Shown: positions 9,404-17,999 of the stretch, one piece after another
Layout of the letters: the number at the start of each line of letters is the position of its first letter
Position numbering within the stretch: the first letter of the stretch is position 1
NCBI GenBank assembly: GCA_020629515.1
Contig: JAHDDE010000009.1
Location: 16,474 to 80,473 of the forward strand
Length of the DNA: 64,000 nt
Direction: 5' to 3'
Origin: Saprospiraceae bacterium
Lineage (GTDB): Bacteria; Bacteroidota; Bacteroidia; Chitinophagales; Saprospiraceae
Position numbers and translations under genes: made by a program
Notes under the pieces: model-generated
The model's input: only the letters and a program-made list of their open reading frames with translations
Databases searched by the model: none
What the model was told of the DNA's origin: nothing

Positions 9404-10813
9404 CTATCGATTTACCACCAAAATAGTATCGAGGTTCATTCTTTCTTTGAGAAATGCCTCAATTATCATGTTTTTCTTTTGCAAATCATTCTCTTGATTT
9501 TCCCAAGTCAATATGATTGATGTAATAGAGCTGTTCAAATTAACGAAATCAGATGACCTCATTTTTGCCATACTGATTGATTCTAATTCTGGAAAAAGTA
9601 CATCAAGTTCTTTTGATATTTCATCAAAAAGAGTGCTGTCTATTAATCCGTTTTGCATAGACATCATTCTCCTATTCTGATCTATCCTTGCTTGATTGAC
9701 TACCGATAATTGTGTATTGATTTCACTAATATTTTTTTCTAAACCTCTCACTTGAGCCAAATCTACATCAGAGCTCGAAATGATCTTAATATCAACGCCT
9801 TTCAGGCCTTTTGATGATAAGCACGATTCATAAGCTGACTCATTAGATTTATTGATGACATTTCCATAGCATTTTAAATAAAGCAATCTATTGCCATTAC
9901 TTTCTGGTGTAAGTTGGTAATCATCCAAGTAGACTTCTTTCTCGGCGATACACTCCTTAATAAACCGTTTGATAGCCGATTTTTCAGCTAACTCCTCTAC
10001 CACTCCTTTGAAAATCAAAATACTCGGGACAATTAGTAATAGACTAAATATTAAGATATATCTGGAATTTTTTTTTCGTACTTCTGTATCGACAAATTCT
10101 TTAAAAGGAAATCTCAAAAATCTAACCATTAAATAGGTAGAGAGGGATACGAAAAATGTGTTTAGAAAGAATAGATAAAATGAACGCAATGCGATATCGA
10201 TTTCTCCGTTGGCTATGCCATACCCACAGACACAAAGAGGTGGCATGAGTGCTGTGGCAATAGCCACTCCCGGTAGGGTGGTAGATACATCCTTTCTGGC
10301 TATTGAGATGATACCTGCTACCCCTCCAAATATGGCTACAAAAATGTCTAAAAAAGTAGGCCGGGTGCGGGCCTGTATCTCTTGAGTGATTTCAGGAAAA
10401 TCTAAAATTGAAAAGTAAATTGTACTGGTAGTCAAGGCAATCAAAATCGCTATCCCAAAGTGCGCAAGGGATTTTTTCATTGTCACTATGTCATTGATCC
10501 CGACTGACAGGCCAATTCCTAAGATTGGGGACATTAATGGTGATATCAACATAGCTCCAATTATGACAGCCTGTGAGTCTTGACTCAGCCCTATTGATGC
10601 TATGACTATCGAGCACATGAGCATCCATGCATTTGCTCCAGACATAGATTTCTTATCCCTTATTTCTTGAATTGTACCTTGCTTATCTACTCCATTTTCA
10701 AGATCTACAACTTCTATTAAAAACTTAGAAATATAGTCAGCTATAGAACCAGCAGTATCCTTAATTGGATTAGTTTTATCTATACCGTTAGTTTGTTTTG
10801 TAGACTTAGACAC
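9404..10813 (-). CDS. DUF389 (TIGR00341-like) membrane protein
   Basis: AVIIGAMLISPLMSPI, PGVAIATALMPPL and multiple TM helices. Confidence 0.88.
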   Translation of the reverse strand: MSKSTKQTNGIDKTNPIKDTAGSIADYISKFLIEVVDLENGVDKQGTIQEIRDKKSMSGANAWMLMCSIVIASIGLSQDSQAVIIGAMLISPLMSPILGIGLSVGINDIVTMKKSLAHFGIAILIALTTSTIYFSILDFPEITQEIQARTRPTFLDIFVAIFGGVAGIISIARKDVSTTLPGVAIATALMPPLCVCGYGIANGEIDIALRSFYLFFLNTFFVSLSTYLMVRFLRFPFKEFVDTEVRKKNSRYILIFSLLLIVPSILIFKGVVEELAEKSAIKRFIKECIAEKEVYLDDYQLTPESNGNRLLYLKCYGNVINKSNESAYESCLSSKGLKGVDIKIISSSDVDLAQVRGLEKNISEINTQLSVVNQARIDQNRRMMSMQNGLIDSTLFDEISKELDVLFPELESISMAKMRSSDFVNLNSSITSIILTWENQENDLQKKNMIIEAFLKERMNLDTILVVNR

Positions 10814-11468
10814 TGCGAGAAGTTATACTTTTATTATATAAAGTTAAAGTTCTGTCGCATCTCTGAGCGATATCTTTACTATGCGTTACAATCACAAAAG
10901 TTTGATCAAAATCGTTTCTTAATTTTAAAATCATCTCGAACAAATCTTCTGATGTATGATCATCAAGATTGCCAGTTGGCTCATCGGCGAAAACTATTTT
11001 GGGGTTGTTGATAAGTGACCTAGCCACAGCAACTCGCTGCTGTTCGCCTCCAGATAATTCTGATGGCTTATGCTGTAGACGATCACCTAAGTTTAAGTAT
11101 CCAAGTAATTCAGAGGCTCTTTTTTTGGCATCTTGTTTACTTGTACCTTTTATAAAAGCCGGCAGGCAGACATTTTCTAGGGCAGTAAACTCACTCAATA
11201 GATGATGAAATTGAAAGATGAAACCAATCTTATCATTTCTAAACTTAGAAAGTTCCTTTTTAGATAGTTGTGATACATTTTTACCATCTATTATGATACT
11301 ACCGGTATCGGCAGTATCTAATGTTCCCAAAATATGAAGTAGCGTACTTTTGCCACTTCCACTTTTTCCAACTATTGCTGCAATCTCTTTTTCCTCTATA
11401 CGGATGTCAAGGTTTTCTAATACTTGTAAATCGCCGTAAGATTTGCTAATTCCTTTCCCTTCGAGCAT
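10806..11468 (-). CDS. lolD: ABC transporter ATP-binding protein, LolD type
   Basis: GKSGSGKST, IGFIFQFHHLL, LSGGEQQRVAVAR and DEPTGNLD. Confidence 0.85.
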   Translation of the reverse strand: MLEGKGISKSYGDLQVLENLDIRIEEKEIAAIVGKSGSGKSTLLHILGTLDTADTGSIIIDGKNVSQLSKKELSKFRNDKIGFIFQFHHLLSEFTALENVCLPAFIKGTSKQDAKKRASELLGYLNLGDRLQHKPSELSGGEQQRVAVARSLINNPKIVFADEPTGNLDDHTSEDLFEMILKLRNDFDQTFVIVTHSKDIAQRCDRTLTLYNKSITSRSV

Positions 11469-11793
11469 TTGTGAGATTTGTCTTTAGATGGATAAAAGTA
11501 GAGATATTTTATAGGACTTGATTCTATCCAACCACGCATTACTATTTTTAATTTTTTAAAGTTTATTCTAAAAACCACATTAAATACCTATAAATACTTG
11601 GTTGTTTACAGGGATAAACACCTTTTTAACTTGTGATAACTCAGTTATTTTTGCATTTAGGTAGTGGCGCAGTAGATGAAAAGGTGTCTATTTGTATACC
11701 TCTATAGCTGATTTGTCTTTTTCATTTCCTATAGATTGCACACTGCTCGGCCATAAATATAGAAACGATAAACTGCATTATACTCAAAGAATA

Positions 11794-13920
11794 ATGACAT
11801 CGACAAATTATATCGCTGAGAAAGATTTATCGGATAATCAAGTAAAACTGATCAATAATCACTTGAGAACCGATATGCTACTTTTTGGTGTTTTTTTACT
11901 TTCTACTCAATTAATATTAGTCTACTTCAATCCAGAATCATATCAAGTTGACATTCCTATCTGTTTTTTAGTAGTAGCTTCTTTTTACTTGGCCCTCCAA
12001 AAACGATTATTAAAAACTTTTGTACTGGTTAGAAATGTTTTGATTGCCTTAATGTTCTATATCATCTATGTCAGTCTTAATAGTCCGATGATTGCATTTG
12101 AATATTTATTCACCATTTCGATAGCAATTGGTATTCTCATTTTTGAAAGAAATCATACTAATACGAAAATTCTATTTGTTACCATCTTTAGTATTGGCAT
12201 GTTTCTATTATATCGTGAGATTACTCAGCCAGATAAGGATCAAATAGTTTTTGACAGCCCGATCAATCTTTCTATTCTATTCTTCTTCATAATTGATATT
12301 GTAAGAAGGATTTGGTTTTTATTTCAATATCAAGGATTGATTAATGAGGAGCATAGTAAAGTAGCCGAAAAGTATGAAAGTATTTTTAAGAATTCACTAA
12401 TGGGGTTCGCCACGGCAGACATTAATAGGAATATCATAGATGCCAATGATGCATTTTGCGATATGTTAGGATATACTCGAGACCAACTTGTACAAATGAA
12501 GATTGAAGACATATATACTCAAGAATCACTAAAGGATGTCAAGCCATGGGTTGAACAATTGAGGAGAGGGGAGTTTGAAAGTTATGAGCACCAAAGTGAT
12601 TTTCTTACTCGGGCTGGCGAAGTTTTATCTACACATATTTATGTCAAAGGTGTTTTTAAAAATGGGTCTTTCTCAAAAAGTATTGTTGCGGCTAAAGACA
12701 TTTCTGAAAGACTTTTGTTTGAAAAGAAACTCAAAAAGTCTGAGATGCGGATGAGGAGTATATTTGAAGATACTGCCTGTGGATTAGCACTTTTGAGGAA
12801 TGGTGAGTTTATAACCTGTAATCAAGCCTTCCTGGATATTTTTCAAATCAATAAGGATGAAATATCCAGCATGACTATTTTTAATTCCATCACTCAATTT
12901 GACCATGGTCTCAAAGAAGAAATTAAATCAAAATTTTCTTTAGGGTTAAATAATTTTTCCTTTAAAACTAAAATAGAGGTAGATGGAAGTTTTAAATATA
13001 TACAGGCTTTCATTAAGATTAGATATGAAGAAACTGGGGCTAAAAGAGTTTCCTTATTAAGTGTTTTAGATATTTCTCAATTAGTGAGTAGTCAAAAGCA
13101 GGCTGAGGCTCGAAATAGAATAATTAATGCTCAATTTTCTGAATTACATCTTCAGAAAATAGAATTGGAGAAATATCTTGAGTCTAATACTCAATTAGAA
13201 AATTTTGCATCTATTGCGGCTCATGATATTAAATCTCCGCTAAGAACTATTGGAAGTTTTGCTCAATTATTGAAGATGAGTGTAAGAGATGTACTTGATG
13301 AAAATCAATTGTCATATTTAGAAAGGATAATCAAAAGCTCTTCTGATTTGCATAAATTAACTGAAGATATATTACAATTTTCTCGTACGGATAGTGTAAA
13401 AGTGAATGTTGAGCGAATAGATGTGGAAGATTTTATTTCTCAAAACTTACTATCACTTCAATCAGCATTGGATGAGAGTCAGGCTCAAATAAAACTTGAA
13501 AATTTGCCTAAGTTTATTTTGGCCGATAGGGTGAAAATCTCTCAAGTCATGCAAAATCTCATTCGAAATGCTATTAAATTTAGGAAAGAAGAAGAAGTGC
13601 CAACTGTAACAATTTCATCTAAGGAAAATGATGATTATTGGACTTTTTGCATCACAGACAATGGTATAGGAATTAAAAATGAATTTCAAGAGCAAGTATT
13701 TGGAATATTCAACAAACTGCACAAATCAACTAAATTTGAGGGCTCAGGTTTAGGTTTAGCTATAGTCAAAAAAATAGTAGAGCAACACAATGGGAGGGTA
13801 TGGGTAGAATCAGAATATGGAATTGGTTCGTCGTTTTTCTTTACGCTTTGTAAAAAAGCTATAATCTTTAGGTCGATTGAGGATCATAGCCCAAATACAC
13901 CAGTTTTTGGCTCTAATTAA
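11794..13920 (+). CDS. Membrane-bound PAS-PAS sensor histidine kinase
   Basis: About five N-terminal TM segments and two PAS-like regions; H-box AAHDIKSPL, N-box QNLIRNAIKF, DNGIGI and GSGLGL. The frame is open from TTG 11692, but ATG 11794 is the more likely start. Confidence 0.9.
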   Translation: MTSTNYIAEKDLSDNQVKLINNHLRTDMLLFGVFLLSTQLILVYFNPESYQVDIPICFLVVASFYLALQKRLLKTFVLVRNVLIALMFYIIYVSLNSPMIAFEYLFTISIAIGILIFERNHTNTKILFVTIFSIGMFLLYREITQPDKDQIVFDSPINLSILFFFIIDIVRRIWFLFQYQGLINEEHSKVAEKYESIFKNSLMGFATADINRNIIDANDAFCDMLGYTRDQLVQMKIEDIYTQESLKDVKPWVEQLRRGEFESYEHQSDFLTRAGEVLSTHIYVKGVFKNGSFSKSIVAAKDISERLLFEKKLKKSEMRMRSIFEDTACGLALLRNGEFITCNQAFLDIFQINKDEISSMTIFNSITQFDHGLKEEIKSKFSLGLNNFSFKTKIEVDGSFKYIQAFIKIRYEETGAKRVSLLSVLDISQLVSSQKQAEARNRIINAQFSELHLQKIELEKYLESNTQLENFASIAAHDIKSPLRTIGSFAQLLKMSVRDVLDENQLSYLERIIKSSSDLHKLTEDILQFSRTDSVKVNVERIDVEDFISQNLLSLQSALDESQAQIKLENLPKFILADRVKISQVMQNLIRNAIKFRKEEEVPTVTISSKENDDYWTFCITDNGIGIKNEFQEQVFGIFNKLHKSTKFEGSGLGLAIVKKIVEQHNGRVWVESEYGIGSSFFFTLCKKAIIFRSIEDHSPNTPVFGSN

Positions 13921-13948
13921 AAAGAGCGAATCGAATACGACTCGCTCA
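13921..13948 (-). terminator. Intrinsic terminator between convergent genes
   Basis: gagcga-a-tcg aata cga-c-tcgctc hairpin preceded by an A-tract (U-tract on the minus strand). Confidence 0.55.
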
Positions 13949-13988
13949 GTGAATACTTATTGTTTACTTATAGAAATTTACTTTTTTA

Positions 13989-14810
13989 TTATTCCGTAAT
14001 CATTATTTGCTTTGAATGTGATTGTCCTGCTGTTCGAATTAAAAAGATATATGATCCTGAATTTAGTTGATCAACATTGATTGTTTGAGTTCCTGATTCT
14101 AACATCATTTCGCTTAGAACTGAACCAGTCATATCAATTATACTCAATTGAGCTTCACTATAAGGCTGAGAGATAACAGCATAGTCTGATGTTGGATTTG
14201 GTCCTATTTTAATTTCTAAATCAGTTACGGATAATTTATCTTCAGTTATAGCCTCCTCATAATTAGAATACTCGATATACTCGATAGTGTTAATTTGGTC
14301 GTCGCCTAACCATTCTCCCAACTCAACAAAAGCAGTTGCATATGCTTCGGTTTGATGAGCAGTAGCCCACACAATGTTAGCGTTGACGTTCGCATTAGTA
14401 ATTTTGAAAGTCATTGTGTGAATCGTTTGCCATTCGCTGGTCACATCGGCCCCACCATTTTTTGTGTCGTTAAGTTGGACACTCATGTTGATAAAGCCCA
14501 TGTGATCTTCGAATGAAAGAACTCCCATATCAACATTTTGACCATCGGTAAACATTTGCTCTATGTTTGGTTTCCCGTATTTACCTTCAGGAAGCTGGCT
14601 CGTAACATCGATTAACTCTATTGCTTTATGATCGTAATAGGCTCTAATGTTATGACTTGCCAAGTTGAAATCGAAGTTGCTTGATTTAATATCTATGTCT
14701 ATGAATAAGAGATCACCTTCTACTCTGTTTTCAGTAAATCTAAGTTCTACATCGTTTGCTAAGGTTACGGTTGCTATGATGCCGAGTAAGAAGGTTATTA
14801 AATTTTTCAT
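13989..14810 (-). CDS. Secreted protein with T9SS type A sorting domain
   Basis: Signal peptide MKNLITFLLGIIATVTLA; C-terminal IKIGPNPTSD...IIDMTG...LNSGSYIFLI...KQIMI CTD. Confidence 0.85.
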   Translation of the reverse strand: MKNLITFLLGIIATVTLANDVELRFTENRVEGDLLFIDIDIKSSNFDFNLASHNIRAYYDHKAIELIDVTSQLPEGKYGKPNIEQMFTDGQNVDMGVLSFEDHMGFINMSVQLNDTKNGGADVTSEWQTIHTMTFKITNANVNANIVWATAHQTEAYATAFVELGEWLGDDQINTIEYIEYSNYEEAITEDKLSVTDLEIKIGPNPTSDYAVISQPYSEAQLSIIDMTGSVLSEMMLESGTQTINVDQLNSGSYIFLIRTAGQSHSKQIMITE

Positions 14811-15051
14811 TTTCACTATAAGTTTTCAAGTATTCGATTCTAAGACGATATAGAATTGTATGATCCACATTTTATATGTAGATGTTTTGTGGATATTGAC
14901 AAATAGGCGACATTATTGAATTGTAACTGATTGATTATCAATAGTATTAATCGCATTAACTCTTTATTTATATTTGATTTTTATGTTGATAGATGATTAT
15001 AAAGTATTCGGGCATGTAGATTCTTTGTAATAAATCTTACATTAATAGCTG

Positions 15052-15918
15052 ATGATACCATTTACGATTAATACAAAGGATGGGTTAAGGCTTAGTGCGA
15101 TTATAGTCTCCGAACATAATTATGACCCACCCTTAGGTGTTATTCAATTCCATGCAGGTACAGTTATAAGAAAAGAATTCTATTTAGATTTTGCTAAATA
15201 CCTCTCTGAATTAAGTAGTTGTGATGTACTACTATTTGATTATCGCGGAGTAGGATCTTCTCGACCTAAAAATTTAAAAGGGTTTGAGGCAGGTATTTCA
15301 CATTGGGGAGCATTGGACGCACCTGCAGTATTAGAGTATATACGATATAACTATTCTGGATTGCCTATACATTTGGTTGCCCATTCCATGGGAGGACAGA
15401 TACTGGGATTAATGAATAATTGGAGTTATTTTGATAAAATTATTATGATAGCTTCTTCTTCTGGGAATTGGAATAATTTTCAAAGTGGATATAGAAAAAA
15501 AATTAGGTTTTTAGGCAAATATATATTTCCTACTGTATTAAAGTTAATAGGATACGGTCCAGCTTCTTTTGGTTTAGGCCAAGATTGGCCGGAATTAGTG
15601 GCACGCGAATGGATGGAAAATTCGATGAGGGATTCCTTAATGGCGGATTATATGGATTCTAAGTTGCCTAATACTTACTATGATGAAGTCAATAAGAATA
15701 TCTTGGCTTGGTTTTTTTCTGATGATCATATGGCTACACCGTCTACAGTAATCAATCTTCAAAAATCGTATCCAAACTCTAAAGTTCAGACTAAAATGAT
15801 TTGCCCAGATCAATTAGAAATTCCTAAAATTGGACATTTTGGACTTTTTAAAAATTCCTTACTCAAGCCATTGGTTGCAGAATTAGCTGCGATAATAAAA
15901 AAGAGCTCGCAACAATAG
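15052..15918 (+). CDS. Alpha/beta fold hydrolase
   Basis: FDYRGVG, nucleophile elbow AHSMGGQ, Asp in SDDHMA and His in IGHFG. Confidence 0.88.
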   Translation: MIPFTINTKDGLRLSAIIVSEHNYDPPLGVIQFHAGTVIRKEFYLDFAKYLSELSSCDVLLFDYRGVGSSRPKNLKGFEAGISHWGALDAPAVLEYIRYNYSGLPIHLVAHSMGGQILGLMNNWSYFDKIIMIASSSGNWNNFQSGYRKKIRFLGKYIFPTVLKLIGYGPASFGLGQDWPELVAREWMENSMRDSLMADYMDSKLPNTYYDEVNKNILAWFFSDDHMATPSTVINLQKSYPNSKVQTKMICPDQLEIPKIGHFGLFKNSLLKPLVAELAAIIKKSSQQ

Positions 15919-16392
15919 AATTGTTACAAGCTCTAAGTACTAGTGGTATTTTATCTTTAATTAGTATTTTCTCTTTTGAGGGTGTGTAGGTGGTTGGGGC
16001 GATATATTGCTCTCCTTATTTCAATTTTTTGGAATAGTAAAGATGCTCTCTTTTAATTAAGTCGAAAATAGCTTATTGGAAATGATTTCTGGGCACAAAA
16101 AATGTTAAAATTTTAGACGTTTGATAAGTATGTGTACCTCGATGTCTTTTTTATAAAGACGATCCTTTTAAAATTGGAATAATATTTTGCTTAAGTGTAT
16201 TGGTAAGTCAATCATTTTTAGATGAGTCTTGATTAATTTTTGATAAATCGGAAATGCCGATTTTAAGTTTCGCTTTATATTGGTTTTGTATCTATTTTAA
16301 AGCTTCTTTAAAATAATGATGAAATTATATTCTCCACAGTTCAGCCTGCGCCTATGCGCAATGTAAATATAGGGTTAACAAATCCTACTTCA

Positions 16393-16424
16393 CTTAACAT
16401 AGATATAAGTCTAGCTTAACGTAG
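16393..16424 (+). promoter_or_regulatory. Direct repeat CTTAAC(A/G)TAG x2 at 22-bp spacing upstream of the lipoprotein-TBDR operon
   Basis: cttaacatag at 16393 and cttaacgtag at 16415; further TTAACA at 16375 and 16466. Confidence 0.45.
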
Positions 16425-16486
16425 GCGCTAAGTTGTCGATTTAGTTTTGTGTCAGTATTAATCAGTTAACAAACTTTAATTAAGAC

Positions 16487-17908
16487 ATGAAATTATTTAG
16501 TTTAAAATCTTCAATTGCCTTCATTGCAATTATACTAATGACAAGCTGTGGTGATAATGAAAATGAGTGTGTCAATAGTTGTCCAACAGATCAGATTCAA
16601 ACATTAACATGTAATTGTGTTGATGATCCAAGTACTATTACACCACACCCGTGTCCACTTCTCACTTGCCCAGCTGGTCAAGTCATAGGAGTTACCGGCG
16701 GAACATGTTCTTGTGTAGAACCTGCTACGGAGGTTTGTGGAGGAATGATGTGTAGCGAAGGAGAAGTTTTAGATGCTGCTACATGTGAATGTATAGAAAT
16801 TGTTGAACAAATCGGTTCTGTAACAGTTTCTGAAAACATTGTCTCAGATGTTACCTGGACGGCTAATAATATTTACACTTTAGGCAAAAGAATTGCTGTT
16901 GAAAGTGGTGCTACATTGACCATTGAGGCGGGCACTATAATCAAGGGGGCTACAGGTACTGGTACTCAAGCTTCGGCGTTGGTAATAGCACAAGGAGGAA
17001 AGATCATGGCTATGGGTACAGAGTCAAATCCAATAATAATGACTTCTATTTTGGACGATATCTTACCTGGGCAAATAAATGGTTCCAATTTAGATGAGCT
17101 TGAAAATGGCCTTTGGGGAGGTCTTTTAATTTTAGGAGAGGCTCCGATATCTGTTGATGGTGACGCTTTGACTGCTCAAATAGAAGGAATTCCTGCTGAT
17201 GATATCACTGGATTATATGGAGGAACAAATCCAACTGATGATTCTGGTGTATTGACTTATGTTTCTGTACGTCATGGAGGGGCTGTTATAGGCTCTGATA
17301 ATGAGATCAATGGGATCACTTTAGGCGGTGTCGGAAGTTCAACTGTTATTGAGAATATAGAGGTAGTAGGTAATAAGGATGATGGTATCGAATGGTTCGG
17401 TGGCACAGTAGATGTGAAGAATGCCTTGGTTTGGGCAGCAGATGACGATGCTATCGATGTCGATCAGGCATATTCTGGAACCATCGATAACGTAGTAGTA
17501 ATTGCTTTTTCTGGAACCGATCACGGTCTCGAAATAGATGGACCAGAAGGTTCTGCTGCTGGTGAGTGTACGATCACAAATGTAACAATCAAAGGTGCTG
17601 ACGACGAGTTAGGAAATTATAGAGATGGAGCCAGTGCAATTACTTCAAATGTGTACTTCTTTGGATTTGAAAAAGTTGCAGATGGAGAAGGAGACTTAAG
17701 CTTAGATGACGCTACATCTTTGTCTACTGCTAAATTTAGCAATTTGGAAGTAACCTTAACTCCGGATGCAACTGATATTAGTGATATGCTTAAAAGTGGT
17801 ACTGATGAATTTGGGACTATCGTGGCAGAAGGTGCTAATACAGTGGGAGCTTCGACTGAAGTATTTAATTGGACTTATGCTAAAGCCGCTGGAGCATTAA
17901 ATTTTTAG
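16487..17908 (+). CDS. Surface lipoprotein with N-terminal Cys-rich repeats and a parallel beta-helix-like domain, TBDR partner
   Basis: Lipobox MTSC (Cys21); DDGIEWFGG, DDAIDVDQAYSG and DHGLEIDG repeats; located directly upstream of a TBDR. Confidence 0.75.
   Translation: MKLFSLKSSIAFIAIILMTSCGDNENECVNSCPTDQIQTLTCNCVDDPSTITPHPCPLLTCPAGQVIGVTGGTCSCVEPATEVCGGMMCSEGEVLDAATCECIEIVEQIGSVTVSENIVSDVTWTANNIYTLGKRIAVESGATLTIEAGTIIKGATGTGTQASALVIAQGGKIMAMGTESNPIIMTSILDDILPGQINGSNLDELENGLWGGLLILGEAPISVDGDALTAQIEGIPADDITGLYGGTNPTDDSGVLTYVSVRHGGAVIGSDNEINGITLGGVGSSTVIENIEVVGNKDDGIEWFGGTVDVKNALVWAADDDAIDVDQAYSGTIDNVVVIAFSGTDHGLEIDGPEGSAAGECTITNVTIKGADDELGNYRDGASAITSNVYFFGFEKVADGEGDLSLDDATSLSTAKFSNLEVTLTPDATDISDMLKSGTDEFGTIVAEGANTVGASTEVFNWTYAKAAGALNF
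16568..16795 (+). repeat. Three tandem 4-Cys protein repeats (C-x3-4-C-x8-12-T-C-x-C)
   Basis: CVNSCPTDQIQTLTCNCV, CPLLTCPAGQVIGVTGGTCSCV and CGGMMCSEGEVLDAATCECI; the DNA core acatgtNNNtgt recurs at 16607, 16703 and 16781. Confidence 0.85.
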
Positions 17909-17952
17909 TAATTAATTCGGGAGCTTGACGGACTCTCATTAAATAAATATTT

Positions 17953-17978
17953 AGGGAAGGGGTTAAAGCCCCTTCCTT
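17953..17978 (+). terminator. GC-rich intercistronic hairpin between the lipoprotein and TBDR genes
   Basis: ggaagggg ttaaag ccccttcc stem-loop without a clear U-tract; may be a partial terminator or a transcript stabiliser. Confidence 0.5.
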
Positions 17979-17999
17979 CAAAACAAAAAACTTAAAGTT

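Noticed and set aside
15919-16486. ncRNA, riboswitch or small ORF in the 568-bp intergenic region
   Set aside because: No recognisable conserved RNA motif or convincing ORF by eye; an Rfam cmscan would be needed to exclude one.
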